Part shown: positions 52,796 to 63,101 of the stretch, in pieces
Layout: each line of letters starts with the position of its first letter
Numbering within the stretch: the first letter of the stretch is position 1
Assembly: GCA_963705165.1 (NCBI GenBank)
Contig: CAVPJD010000014.1
Location: 35,573-99,572, forward strand
From: an uncultured delta proteobacterium
GTDB lineage: Bacteria; Desulfobacterota; Syntrophia; Syntrophales; UBA2192
Length of the DNA stretch: 64,000 nucleotides
Direction: 5' to 3'
Made by a program: the position numbers and the translations under genes
Notes under the pieces: model-generated
What the model was told of the DNA's origin: nothing
The model's input: the letters and a program-made list of their open reading frames with translations, nothing else
Database searches by the model: none

Positions 52796-53649
52796 TCCAC
52801 CTCCCTGTAGTTTGTCAATACAATCCCCAAATTTTTCAAGGCACGACGGATGGAAGGATCCAGCAGCGCTTTGATCTCGCGCTCACGGTCCGCCGTGGAA
52901 AAACTCGCAAAGGGGCCCGCCGCAGAGCCTGCTGCAACCCGTCCGGGGTGAACCATCAATTCCGTGAGCCCATCGGGCAATTGCTCGATTGCGGCCAGAA
53001 GCGTCTCCGGGGACAGGCGTCCTTTCAGCAGCAGGCCACGGAAATGACCTGATGCCTTGATTCCAGTTTCCCCAAGCCGCCCCCGGGCGTCCTTTCCGAG
53101 GGCACCGAAAAACCGGGCTTCCTCCAGCAGGTTGCCGGGAATGCCGGCACCGGTGTCGGGAACGGGCTCATCGGGAATCCGCATCCATCGGATCCCGTGG
53201 TGTTTCGCAACATCCAGGACCGGCCCGATCACTGCCGGAAAGACATGGATGTGCTGGTGCCCGTCGATCTGGGACAGGGGCACACCGGCTTTCTGCAACA
53301 CTGTGATCTGGCGGTCTGCTTCCCGGGCAACGGCCGCTTCCAGACCACCATCGCCTGTCCTCATGAGAAGCCGTTGGGCTGCTGCCTTGCCGGGGAAATC
53401 GCCGCCGGGGCCTGTGAGAAGTTCCACATCATGCGAAAGCGGTCTTCCCTCGGTGAGGTTCAGATGGACCCCGAAGGATACCTTCTCAAAACTGCCGGCA
53501 CGGATCCCTTGCAGTGCATGTCCCAGGGCGGGCCCGTTGGGGAGTATGCTCGCGCTTGTCACGACGCCGGCACGGATCGCTTCGAAGATCCCTTCGTTGC
53601 GGCCCTCATCGGCACCGAGATCATCGGCATTGATGATGAGCCGCTTCAT
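52789..53649 (-). CDS. YdjC/ChbG/HpnK-family carbohydrate deacetylase
   Basis: [33 protein letters not shown]. Confidence 0.92.
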   Translation of the reverse strand: MKRLIINADDLGADEGRNEGIFEAIRAGVVTSASILPNGPALGHALQGIRAGSFEKVSFGVHLNLTEGRPLSHDVELLTGPGGDFPGKAAAQRLLMRTGDGGLEAAVAREADRQITVLQKAGVPLSQIDGHQHIHVFPAVIGPVLDVAKHHGIRWMRIPDEPVPDTGAGIPGNLLEEARFFGALGKDARGRLGETGIKASGHFRGLLLKGRLSPETLLAAIEQLPDGLTELMVHPGRVAAGSAAGPFASFSTADREREIKALLDPSIRRALKNLGIVLTNYREVDC

Positions 53650-55307
53650 CGCGCTTTTACTCCTGCAGCCCGGATGAAAAGGTTCCGGAAGACATATTCC
53701 CCGCCAAATGCTTCATGGAAATCGGACATCCCCCGTAAGCGCAACGACTCGAGATAATCGAAGAGCCCCTCGTCCAGCTCGTTGTACTCCCGTGGTGTGA
53801 ACGGCCGCTGCGACTCCCCCGTGATATCAACCCGGCTAAAACGCTCGCGAAGCTGTGTGAGCAATTTGGGGATGTTCGCAATCGATATGGCCATGATCCA
53901 GAGCCTGCCCCGATCCGGGTCAAGACGGGCCGGAGCCCCATGCACGACGGCCAGCAGATGCCTTGTCCCGTCGGTCCCCCCGAACCGAGGCCCGAAGGGC
54001 CTCAGGCCGGGCGTCTGGGGCGGGGTGGCGATGACGACATCGAACTGCTCCCCCGTACGGACCGCTTCGAACCACGACCCGGCCCGAACGTCGATGCGAT
54101 CCGAAAGCCCGTTGAGCCTGGCGTTTTCGACCGCCGATTCGAGAGCCAGCGGATCGATGTCGACGGCGACGACACGGCCCGCGCCCATTTTCGCCGCTGC
54201 GATGGAGAGAATCCCGCTGCCACAACCCATCTCCAGGACACGCTCACCGGGTTGAATGTCGAGCCTTCTGGCCAGTTCCACCGTAGATGACGGAGGCACG
54301 TGAACACCTCGCGGGAGTCTCAGGCGCAGTGTTCCCATCGGCAAAGAGATATCCGCCTCCTGCAGCCCTGTGTCCGATACGGAAGCGCATCGCTTCGATG
54401 CTGAGACGAGGATCCGATTGAGCAAAGCGGGAAAATCCATGCCGGCCCAACGGGCCGAGAGGGAAAGTGCTTCTTCGGGCTCCATGCTTGGCGTCACATT
54501 GGCTTCCATGAAGTAAAAGGTTCCCCCGGGGGAGCGGCGCACGTCGAAACGGCTGTAATCCCTGAGCCCCAGGGCCCTGAAAGCCGCCAGTGACAGGGCC
54601 TCAAGATCCATGAGTTCTTCCTGACCCAGCCGGGCCTGTACGGCATCCCGCCGGCCCGGCAGGATATACTGGAGCTTGAAGTCTTCCGTCAGGATGGCCG
54701 CATCCCCCTCACCGGTTTCCCACTCCAGCGGCGGCAGGACCTCCAACCCGCCGGGTCCATCCAAAACGGAGACGGCGAATTCACGTCCCGGTATGAACAT
54801 CTCAACGAGTATCGGCTGGCTGTGGCGCTCCAGAAGCTCCTCCAAACGGGATTGAACTTCAGTCTCTTCCTGGACAACGACGAGACCCCGGCTCATGTGC
54901 TCGAAGGCCGGTTTGAGGATGTACGGGGGATGCATCCACGGAGGGACTGAGTCGCCTTTGGAAGTACAGACGATGCCCGGCGGCGTCGGGATCCCTGCAG
55001 CCCCGAGGCGTACCTTGGCGGCGGCCTTGTCGTCGGCAAGCGCGCAGGCCTCTGCAGCACAGCCCACAAGGGGAATGCCATGGGCCTCGAGAAGCGACCG
55101 GACCAGGGAGCGGAAACGGCCGCGCCCCCGGTAGGTGTCCGTGTGATCGAACACGAGATCACAACGGCGGGCAATTTCGGGGAGTCGTAATTCGATGTCT
55201 TCCGAATTCACAAGGAAGGATTCATGGCCCAGGACTTCAAGCCCCCGGCTGATCGACTCGGCGCACTGGCAGGGCGCATCTACCGTATGAATGATGCCGA
55301 TTCGCAT
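53646..55307 (-). CDS. Fusion: Ddl-like ATP-grasp ligase + class I SAM methyltransferase
   Basis: [40 protein letters not shown]; then [18 protein letters not shown]. Confidence 0.88.
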   Translation of the reverse strand: MRIGIIHTVDAPCQCAESISRGLEVLGHESFLVNSEDIELRLPEIARRCDLVFDHTDTYRGRGRFRSLVRSLLEAHGIPLVGCAAEACALADDKAAAKVRLGAAGIPTPPGIVCTSKGDSVPPWMHPPYILKPAFEHMSRGLVVVQEETEVQSRLEELLERHSQPILVEMFIPGREFAVSVLDGPGGLEVLPPLEWETGEGDAAILTEDFKLQYILPGRRDAVQARLGQEELMDLEALSLAAFRALGLRDYSRFDVRRSPGGTFYFMEANVTPSMEPEEALSLSARWAGMDFPALLNRILVSASKRCASVSDTGLQEADISLPMGTLRLRLPRGVHVPPSSTVELARRLDIQPGERVLEMGCGSGILSIAAAKMGAGRVVAVDIDPLALESAVENARLNGLSDRIDVRAGSWFEAVRTGEQFDVVIATPPQTPGLRPFGPRFGGTDGTRHLLAVVHGAPARLDPDRGRLWIMAISIANIPKLLTQLRERFSRVDITGESQRPFTPREYNELDEGLFDYLESLRLRGMSDFHEAFGGEYVFRNLFIRAAGVKAR

Positions 55308-55342
55308 GAAAAACCACAATCCACCGCAATATCGAGTGTTTC

Positions 55343-55371
55343 AAGTTAGACGAAGACAACCGGGATGTCAA
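55343..55371 (-). promoter_or_regulatory. Sigma-70 promoter of the ligase-deacetylase-GT operon
   Basis: TTGACA-17 nt-TAACTT. Confidence 0.7.
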
Positions 55372-55590
55372 TGGCACAAACAAGATATTGGGGACCGGGA
55401 CAAGGGGGTAGGCACCGTGGGCGAGGGAAAAGAGGGAGAGTTGTCTTATCCATTGCCACGTCCCGACACCCTGGTCCCTCGTCCCTTTCTTGCGGATGGC
55501 ATGAATCTTTCATGTTCAATAGAATCGGCTCACATTTCTTCAGGGATGACAGCCCTTTACGGCCGCATCCCGGTTCAGGCGAGATACGGC

Positions 55591-56106
55591 ATGCAGGTAC
55601 TTCAAGGAAACGGCGAGATCATCAAGGCGCTCCGGAAGATCCCGAAGCTTCAAGCCTTCGACAGGAAGGACCTCCGCAAACTCCTCAGCTGCAGTCAAAT
55701 TCTGAAATACGCGCCCTGCGAAGTGATCGCCCGGGAGGAAGAATCGGACCACCGGATCTATTTCATAGTCTCGGGCAGAGTCCGGGTCACCCGCAACGGT
55801 GTAGAGATGAAGCAGCTCTGCAGGACGGGCGATGTCTTCGGCGAGATGCGGCTTCTATCCATCTCCGCCCGGACGTCCTCCGTCGAGGCCGTCGACGAGA
55901 CCGTCTGCCTGGCCACGGACGTTTCCGCCATGGAAAACCTTCGAAAAGAAGATCGTGTGGCCTTCGCGGCCATTTACTACATGGTTATGGCCGAAGTCCT
56001 CGCCCGCCGCCTCAAGGAGACGAGTGACGAGTTGACCCGTGTCCGGGGCGAGCTCCAGCGGCTGAAAACCTCCACGGGCCTTCAGGATATCATCGGATCG
56101 GCCTGA
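55591..56106 (+). CDS. Cyclic-nucleotide-binding domain protein
   Basis: IYFIVSGRVRV, GDVFGEM, RTSSVEA, LARRL; no HTH. Confidence 0.82.
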   Translation: MQVLQGNGEIIKALRKIPKLQAFDRKDLRKLLSCSQILKYAPCEVIAREEESDHRIYFIVSGRVRVTRNGVEMKQLCRTGDVFGEMRLLSISARTSSVEAVDETVCLATDVSAMENLRKEDRVAFAAIYYMVMAEVLARRLKETSDELTRVRGELQRLKTSTGLQDIIGSA

Positions 56107-56359
56107 GGATGGGATTCGGGGTTCGGGCTTCGGGATTCCGGACTCGAGACTCGGAAAGAAAAACCCACAGGATACGACGCAAAGAAAAAGGGTCGGGGTG
56201 TCCCCTCGATCCTTTTTTCCCTGAAGCCTGATGCCTGAAGCCTGGAGCCTGCCAGAATCTCGTTTGTATTCACTTTCAATCTCTGGTAAAAGAGATAGCT
56301 TTCAAAACGGGCCCGACGACGGAGGCAGCATCGCCTTTTCCCGGAGACACGCCAAGACC

Positions 56360-57064
56360 ATGAAACGCCACTACATCCTCAGTGCACTTGCCCTGATCGC
56401 TTTCTTCGGCGTCGGAACCTGGCTTTTCTTCCATTACGACGTGCACGTCTTTTTCTCTGACCGCGAACGGGCGGTTGAGTTGATCACTTCATATGATCCC
56501 TATGATGAATTGATCTTCATCGCCCTCCAGATCCTGCAGGTCGTCTTCGCACCGATCCCCGGCGAACTCAGCGGTTTCCTGGGCGGTTACCTTTACGGCC
56601 CGCTCCTGGGCACCCTTTACTCGACAATCGGGCTCACCCTCGGGTCCTGGCTGGCCTTTCTGCTGGCCCATATCTTCGGATTGCCCCTGGTGGAGCGCGT
56701 CGTCAAAGCGGATACTCTGAAAAAATACGACTATATCCTGGAGCACAAAGGGGTCTTCGTCGTCTTCTTTCTGTTCCTGATCCCGGGTTTCCCCAAGGAC
56801 TACCTCTGCTACATCCTGGGCCTGTCGCACATGCGCGCCTGGACTTTTCTTGTCATCTCCACGGTGGGCCGGCTCTTCGGTACGATCATGCTCTCCGTCT
56901 TCGGGAGCTTTGCCCGAAACAACCATTTCTGGCCCCTTGCCGCCCTGCTTGCCATCACGGGGCTGTGCCTGCTCGCCGCCTATTTCTACCGGGAAAAGTG
57001 GCTGGAAAAGCTCAAAGAAAGAGCGACCAAATACGATGGTGGCCCTCCGGTGACGGGGGCATGA
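56360..57064 (+). CDS. TVP38/DedA-family membrane protein
   Basis: LQVVFAPIPGE, GYLYG, LFLIPGFPKD. Confidence 0.9.
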   Translation: MKRHYILSALALIAFFGVGTWLFFHYDVHVFFSDRERAVELITSYDPYDELIFIALQILQVVFAPIPGELSGFLGGYLYGPLLGTLYSTIGLTLGSWLAFLLAHIFGLPLVERVVKADTLKKYDYILEHKGVFVVFFLFLIPGFPKDYLCYILGLSHMRAWTFLVISTVGRLFGTIMLSVFGSFARNNHFWPLAALLAITGLCLLAAYFYREKWLEKLKERATKYDGGPPVTGA

Positions 57065-57089
57065 GCAGCGAGGGACAAGGAACCGGGGA

Positions 57090-57184
57090 GTAGGGTGTAG
57101 AAGGGATTGGAGAAGAAAGAGGATCGGGACGCCCCGATCCTCTTTCTTATTCCTGAAGCCTGATGCCTGAAGCCCGTAGCCTGC
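57090..57184. repeat. ~95-bp composite intergenic repeat (near-identical copy at 62406-62503)
   Basis: GTAGGGTGTAGAAGGGATTGGAG..GAGGATCGGGACGCCCCGATCCT..GCCTGATGCCTGAAGCCCGT in both places. Confidence 0.85.
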
Positions 57185-57194
57185 TGCGAAGCAG

Positions 57195-57857
57195 CTAACG
57201 ATACTGCGAGAAGCTGAAGGGGTCGGCCACCTTTCGGAGGCTTTCGTCGATCTCGGCGTAGCTGGCCAGGTAAAACTCGAGGGTTTTCCCTGGTGGGACA
57301 GCCTTCTGAAGCTCTTCCATGACGACTGTCGAAGGCTCGGCAAGAACGAGCTTGATCGCCTTGCCGCTGCTTTCGAGAACGATGATCTTGCGCTCCATGG
57401 CATAGCGCTCGCCGATAATCTTCTGCAACTGGGTGGAGGGCTCGTAGTTTTTCATGCTGAGGATGGGCATGTTGAAGTGCTTCGACAGGGCAGTCAGATA
57501 CCCGCGGCTGTTGATATAGCCCATTTCGATCAGGAGAAGCCCCAGGGGTCTCGTGTGGCCCCATTTCTCCTTGATCTTCTTCTGCTTCGACAGCGCTTCC
57601 TCCAGCTGCTCAGGGGTGATCAGATTCTGATCGACGAGAACCTCGCCGATGGTCCTGCGTTTGTTGAAATAGTAGAGGGCCCGGTTGATCTTTTCCTGAG
57701 AGATCCCGATCTCGAAGAGAATCTCGCCAAGGTACTTGCCCGGTTGATCGGCCTTGATCGCCAATGCCCGGTCAAGCTGTTCCTGGTTGATCACGCCTTT
57801 CGCGACGAGAATCTGACCCAGGGTTTTCTCTGAACCCGACCCTGACTTGATCGTCAT
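57195..57857 (-). CDS. Stand-alone MshEN / GspE-N domain protein
   Basis: Four LG(Q/E)IL...GxI....L..AL-type repeats, then a GspE N-terminal-like tail; no ATPase domain. Confidence 0.8.
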   Translation of the reverse strand: MTIKSGSGSEKTLGQILVAKGVINQEQLDRALAIKADQPGKYLGEILFEIGISQEKINRALYYFNKRRTIGEVLVDQNLITPEQLEEALSKQKKIKEKWGHTRPLGLLLIEMGYINSRGYLTALSKHFNMPILSMKNYEPSTQLQKIIGERYAMERKIIVLESSGKAIKLVLAEPSTVVMEELQKAVPPGKTLEFYLASYAEIDESLRKVADPFSFSQYR

Positions 57858-57928
57858 TGCTGCCCTTTCACTGCGTGTTCTTCGCTATTCTGGACCATGC
57901 GCGGACGGACCGCACCATACTCTTATGG

Positions 57929-57944
57929 AGCAAGTTCCATGCCA
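57929..57944 (-). promoter_or_regulatory. Sigma-54 promoter
   Basis: TGGCATGGAACTTGCT upstream of the MshEN gene. Confidence 0.75.
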
Positions 57945-58048
57945 TGCTCTTCTGCCCATTGGCTTGACTTGAGCCGGTCGCTGTGAGATCCTCTCAAAAA
58001 GTTTTCGGCTGCTTCTCAACTACTATTTTGTACCCTGAGCAAACCGTC

Positions 58049-59221
58049 TTGTCAGCAAATAAATTCAACCTCAAAGTCCTGCTCCTCCTTTCATCGGGCC
58101 ATCTCGTCACGGACCTCTACCAGGGGGCGCTGCCGGTCATCCTGCCCTTCCTGAAGGCAAAGCTCATGCTGTCCTACACCGCGACGGGGGTCATCCTCCT
58201 GGTGGGCACCCTCGCGTCGTCGGTGATCCAGCCCCTCTTCGGCTACATCTCGGACCGCAAGGAAAAACCCATGCTGCTGCCCCTGGGGTGCCTCTGCGCG
58301 GGGCTGGGGTTTTCGATGCTCGCCTTTCCCACAAGTTTTACCCTTGTGTTGCCGCTTGTCATCTTGAGCGGCCTGGGGATCGCCTCTTACCATCCCGAGG
58401 GGTTCCGGACCGCCCATTTCTTCACGGGCGAAAAAAAAGTCACCGGGATGTCCATCTTCTCCGTTGGGGGAAACATGGGCTTTGCCATCGGCCCGCTTCT
58501 GGCTCTTTTTGTGGTTCAGACCTACGGCTTTGACCGCCTTCCCGTCATGATCGCACCCGCGGTGATCTTCGTCGCGGTCATCCTCACGTTCTGGCAGGCG
58601 ATCGCCATTCCCCGTTCAGGGACTCAATCCGCCGAAGCCCAAAAGGAAGGGGGATCGGAAAGGGCTCAATGGTTTTCCCTTTTCGTGCTCATTGCGGTTG
58701 TCGTCATGCGCTCCTGGATCCAGGTCGGCCTGCTGACCTATATCCCCTTCTACTTCATCGACTACCTGAAGGGCGATGCGCTTCAGGCTGGATTTCTCGT
58801 CTCCACGTTCCTCGCCGGCGGAGCGATCGGGACGCTTGCCGGGGCGCCGCTTGCCGACCGCTGGGGACACAAGCGCTACCTGGTCCTGTCCATGTTTCTT
58901 TGCTCGCTTCTCATGCCGATGTTCTTCGTCACCGAGGGGTTTCTGCTCTTCGTGGTTCTCGGCGTCCTGGGGATGATCCTGATATCTACCTTCTCGGTTA
59001 CCATCGTCATGGCACAGCACCTGATCCCGCAGGGCCTGGGTGTCGCCTCGGGTCTCATGGCAGGATTTGCCATCGGTACCGGGGGAATCTGCGTGACACT
59101 GCTCGGCGTCATCGCCGATCACTTCGGCGTCCCTGCCGCACTCCAGTCGATCATGGCGCTCCCTGTCATCGGCTTCCTTCTCGCCCTGGGGCTGAAGTAT
59201 AAGCAAACCGGTGGTCAGTGA
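58049..59221 (+). CDS. MFS transporter (Fsr-like)
   Basis: HLVTDLYQ, QPLFGYISDR, YHPEG, FSVGGNMG, LADRWG; start uncertain. Confidence 0.88.
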   Translation: MSANKFNLKVLLLLSSGHLVTDLYQGALPVILPFLKAKLMLSYTATGVILLVGTLASSVIQPLFGYISDRKEKPMLLPLGCLCAGLGFSMLAFPTSFTLVLPLVILSGLGIASYHPEGFRTAHFFTGEKKVTGMSIFSVGGNMGFAIGPLLALFVVQTYGFDRLPVMIAPAVIFVAVILTFWQAIAIPRSGTQSAEAQKEGGSERAQWFSLFVLIAVVVMRSWIQVGLLTYIPFYFIDYLKGDALQAGFLVSTFLAGGAIGTLAGAPLADRWGHKRYLVLSMFLCSLLMPMFFVTEGFLLFVVLGVLGMILISTFSVTIVMAQHLIPQGLGVASGLMAGFAIGTGGICVTLLGVIADHFGVPAALQSIMALPVIGFLLALGLKYKQTGGQ

Positions 59222-59359
59222 ACCGTGAAAAAAATCCCCCTCTTTCCCCCATGAAGACCCTTTCCTCTGTTCTCCTCCCCTGGTGGGAGGAGGAAGTGGA
59301 GGAGGGGGAACATCCCCCCACCTCATTCCTCTCCCCCGGAGGGGAGAGGAAGATTAAGG

Positions 59360-60652
59360 GGTACAAACCGGGTACATAGTTTACAAACGAGACCGGGCAC
59401 ATGGTTTACAACTCAGGGCAAGGAGGACGTTCCTATGCCCTGGAAAGAGACCTGTGCCATGGATGAACGAATCAAGTTTGTCGCAGAGCATCTGCGGCAA
59501 GAGTGTTCTTTGAGCGAGCTTTGCCTTCGGTATGGAATCAGCCGGCCCACGGCCTACAAGTGGCTTGAGCGCTACGCGCTTTACGGGCCGGCCGGTTTTC
59601 TGGAGAAGAGCCGCGCCCCGAAGCGGCATCCCAACCAGACGCCTGCCGCGATTGAAGCGCGGATTATCGCGTTGCGTCAACGCCATCCCAAGTGGGGGCC
59701 GCGCAAGCTGCTGGTGCGGCTGGAGCGCGAAGACCCCCAACAGCGGTGGCCTGCTCGGAGTACGGCCGGGGAATCCTGAAGCGTCACGGTTTGACGCAGG
59801 CGCGCCGTACTCGCCGACGCACGCCGGGCTATGAAGGACCACAGCATCAGGGAGCAGCCCCAACGATGTCTGGGCAGCGGATTTTAAGGGCTGGTTCAAG
59901 ACCGGTGACGGCTATCGGGTCGACCCGCTGACGATCTCGGATTGGCGGAGCCGGTATCTGCTGTGCTGCCACGGACTGGAGAGCATCACGTATGAGCATG
60001 TGCGGCCTCAGTTCGAGCGAGCGTTCCGGCAGTACGGGCTGCCCTGGGCGATCCGCACCGACAATGGCCCTCCTTTCGCCAGTATTGGCTTGGGAGGCTT
60101 GTCTCGGCTGTCGGTTTGGTGGGTGAGGCTCGGGATCTGGCCGGAACGAATCCGTCCGGGTCATCCGGAGGAAAACGCCCGCCACGAACGAATGCACAAG
60201 ACGCTCAAGGAGGCCGTGACGCAGCCGCCCCGAGCGACGCTGCGGGCCCAACAAAAGGCCTTTGATCAGTTCCGAAGCGAGTACAATGAGCTGCGGCCGC
60301 ACGAGTCCTTGGGGATGCAAACGCCTGCGGAGTGCTACCGGGCATCGGAGCGACGGTTCCCGGAGCGTCTGCCGGAGGTTGATTATGGGTCGGGCGTTGA
60401 GGTCCGCCGGGTCCGCTCCAACGGGCAGATCAAATGGGCTGGCCGGATGCTCTTCCTGAACGAGGCCCTGATCGGAGAGCCGGTGGCTTTGAGGCAGATC
60501 GACAATGACCGCTGGTCGATTCACTTTGGCCCATACCACTGGCCGTGTATCATGCAGGGTCTCACGCTTTGATGAAATGGAGCCAATATCGACCTCAATA
60601 AGTGTAAACCATGTGCCCGGATTAAACTGTAAACAATGTTCCGGGTTGCACA
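59360..60652 (+). mobile_element. IS481-family insertion sequence
   Basis: Terminal IRs each with two CCGG..ACAT.GTTTACA boxes, right end ACA; AAGG duplication at 59356-59359 and 60653-60656. Confidence 0.88.
59435..60572 (+). CDS. IS481-family DDE transposase, frameshifted near 59770
   Basis: MPWKET..YGISRPTAYKW, WGPRK, WAADFKGWF, IRTDNGPPF, ERMHKTLK, RPHESL. Confidence 0.9.
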
Positions 60653-60720
60653 AAGGAAATGATCTTTATGGGGGAAAGAGGGGATTTTCCTGCCTTGGGG
60701 CTTGCTGCTTGCTTATTCGA

Positions 60721-61336
60721 CTATTGCACGGGAATCACGACAAAAATCATCACATCCCACACCGCGTGCGAGATGAGGCCGGGCCACACGGACCGGTAGC
60801 GGACATACATGGCACCCCAGAAAAGCCCGCAGATCAGGGAGGCCATGAAGAGCATGAAGTTGAAGCCGAAGACGTGGATAGCGGCATAGACGATCGAGGC
60901 AACGATGTATCCTCCATCTTGCCATACCGCCCGTAGAGACGCTCCTGAACGAACCCGCGCCAGAAGATTTCCTCGGCAGGCCCCACCCAGAAAAGCAGCA
61001 GAAGTCCGATAGTGAGCGGCGATGCCTGCGCGCGCGTGCTGTAGATACCGGCAATCTCCGGCCTTGCGAAATGGAAGAGCTGTGTCGAGACGGCATTGCC
61101 GACCCAAAGATCGCGTAGAGCAGGACGGCCGACGCGATCCCGATGACGACATAGACGGGCTTGAAGGAATAAATTTCATCCAGGCGGCGTCTCTGAAGCC
61201 ACAGGCCCGAGCCCGCCAGGACGGCCGTTGCCATCGCCATGACAAGCCAGAAATTGAGGTGAGGGGCGGTCCACGGCGAGAACATGACGAACCAGAAAAA
61301 AGTTGCCAGGGCACAGAGCCAGATGACCGCGATCAT
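60721..61336 (-). CDS. CPBP/CAAX-family intramembrane metalloprotease, frameshifted
   Basis: GPAEEIFWRGFVQ read across frames, YAAIH, ISHAVWD; overlaps the menA-like stop. Confidence 0.78.
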
Positions 61337-62269
61337 TTCAGCAAGGTTCCGGCAAGGATGGCAATCCCGAAGAGCGCGCAGAACGCCAGGTGCAACTGGG
61401 CCGACATCACATCCCCCATGGAGACGGATTCGGGCTTTCCCGGTTCACTGGCCAGAACGGCCTTCACATTGCGCAGAGCCAGCGGCAAGGTGATCCCTAC
61501 GGCGAGGGCCAGGGGCGTGACGAGCTTCGCCAGGACCATGACGAGGACTACGAGGTAAGCCCCCGGAATGAGGCCCACGTAGATGGCCTTCGCGGCCGGC
61601 AGGCCCAGTACCATGGCCATGGTCTTGATGTTCGCGCGGGCATCGTGGACGATGTCCCGCAGGTTGTTGGCGTGAAGAATCGCCGCCACGAGACATCCCA
61701 CGGGAAGCGACGCGTAGAGAACCGTCAGGTTGAATCCGCCCGTCAGGGCGAGGTAGGAACCGAGGACCATCAGCGGCCCCATGAGGATGAATACGAGAAT
61801 GTCGCCCAGAGCGATGTACTTGTAGGCTACGGGACCGCCCGTGTAAAACCACCCGCCGAGAAGACCGATGACCCCCAGGATGAATATCGGCCACCCGCGC
61901 GCCGCCACAAGGAGAAGGCCCAGGGAAAAGCCAACGGCAAATAGGATAATGCCCGCCGCGAGAAGCTGCTTCGGGGTCAGGAGACCCTCGACGAGGACCC
62001 GGCTTGACCCATACGTCTCGTCCCGGTCCACACCCCTGCGGTAGTCAAAATAGTCGCTCACCATGTTTGTCCCGATGTGAAACAGGAGCGAGCAGGCAAC
62101 GATGAGCGGGAAAAGAGGCCATTCGACAGGGCCTTAGCGGATGAGGCCAGCACGGCGCCGATGACCACGGGCAAGACCGATGCCGTCAGCGAAAAAGGCC
62201 GGGCTGCCTGAAACCAAACGCCCAGCAGGTTCCGTTTCTGATCTACCGTCGATGTATTCTTGTGCTCAT
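61333..62269 (-). CDS. menA: UbiA-superfamily prenyltransferase (MenA-like), N-terminal frameshifts
   Basis: AARPFSLTAS, SDYFDYRRGVD, YTGGP..YKY..LGD, NNLRDIVHD..K.T. Confidence 0.82.
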
Positions 62270-62503
62270 GTTTCGATCCTCTGCGCGGGCACAACTCCCG
62301 GAACGGGTTTTTATCCATACCTGATCGCCAGTCAAGCCCAAATCTGCCCCTGGCGAGTAAGATAAGCATGATGCAGAGCAATGGGAAGGGGCGAGGGGAC
62401 GGGGTGTAGGGTGTAGAAGGGATTGGAGTAGAAAGAGGATCGGGACGCCCCGATCCTTTCTTATTCCTAAGCCTGATGCCTGATGCCTGAAGCCCGTGCC
62501 TGC

Positions 62504-62998
62504 TTAATCCACTTTCTTGAATGCCTGTTTCTTGGCCTTGCACACGGGGCACTCATCCGGCGCCTCGCCTTCCACGGTCATCCGCAGACCTGGCATACCC
62601 AGTAGTCCACATCTGGGGGTCTTGCCCAGGTTTTCGAGCATCCTTTTGTAGAGTGCTGCGTGAATCTTCTCGACGGCGTTTGCAAACTCGAAGCTCCGAA
62701 GCGCCCCCGCCACCCCCTCGGCCTTGGCGTCGGCGATCATTTCCGGGTACATCTTCTGAAACTCATAGGACTCGCCGCTGATGGCCTCTTCGAGGTTCTC
62801 CTTCGTGGAGCGGATCCCCTTGAGCTCACGCAGATGGGCGTGTGCATGGACTCGTCTCCGCCCGGCGGCGGCCCGGAAAAGCTTTGCTGCCTGCTTGAAT
62901 CCCTCCAGCTCGGCCTTCTTCGCGAAGGCGAGATACTTTCGGTTGGCCTGCGATTCGCCTGCAAAGGCTTCTTTCAAATTCTTCTCGGTTTTTGACAT
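62504..62998 (-). CDS. Rubrerythrin-family protein (internal compensating indels likely)
   Basis: AFAGESQANRKY, GESYE..MYP, VEKIH, C-terminal CPVC. Confidence 0.9.
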   Translation of the reverse strand: MSKTEKNLKEAFAGESQANRKYLAFAKKAELEGFKQAAKLFRAAAGRRRVHAHAHLRELKGIRSTKENLEEAISGESYEFQKMYPEMIADAKAEGVAGALRSFEFANAVEKIHAALYKRMLENLGKTPRCGLLGMPGLRMTVEGEAPDECPVCKAKKQAFKKVD

Positions 62999-63101
62999 TT
63001 TATCCTCCTTCTTGTGATTTTCACCGGGGTTTTGTTCTTGAAAAACGAACCCGCCGGACGGGACGTGCCGGCAGGTTTTTGTTACGCACGGGAGGATTTT
63101 A

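Noticed and set aside
55497..55512. Sigma-54 promoter TGGCATGAATCTTTCA before the cNMP-binding gene
   Set aside because: The -12 GC is replaced by TC; too weak to call
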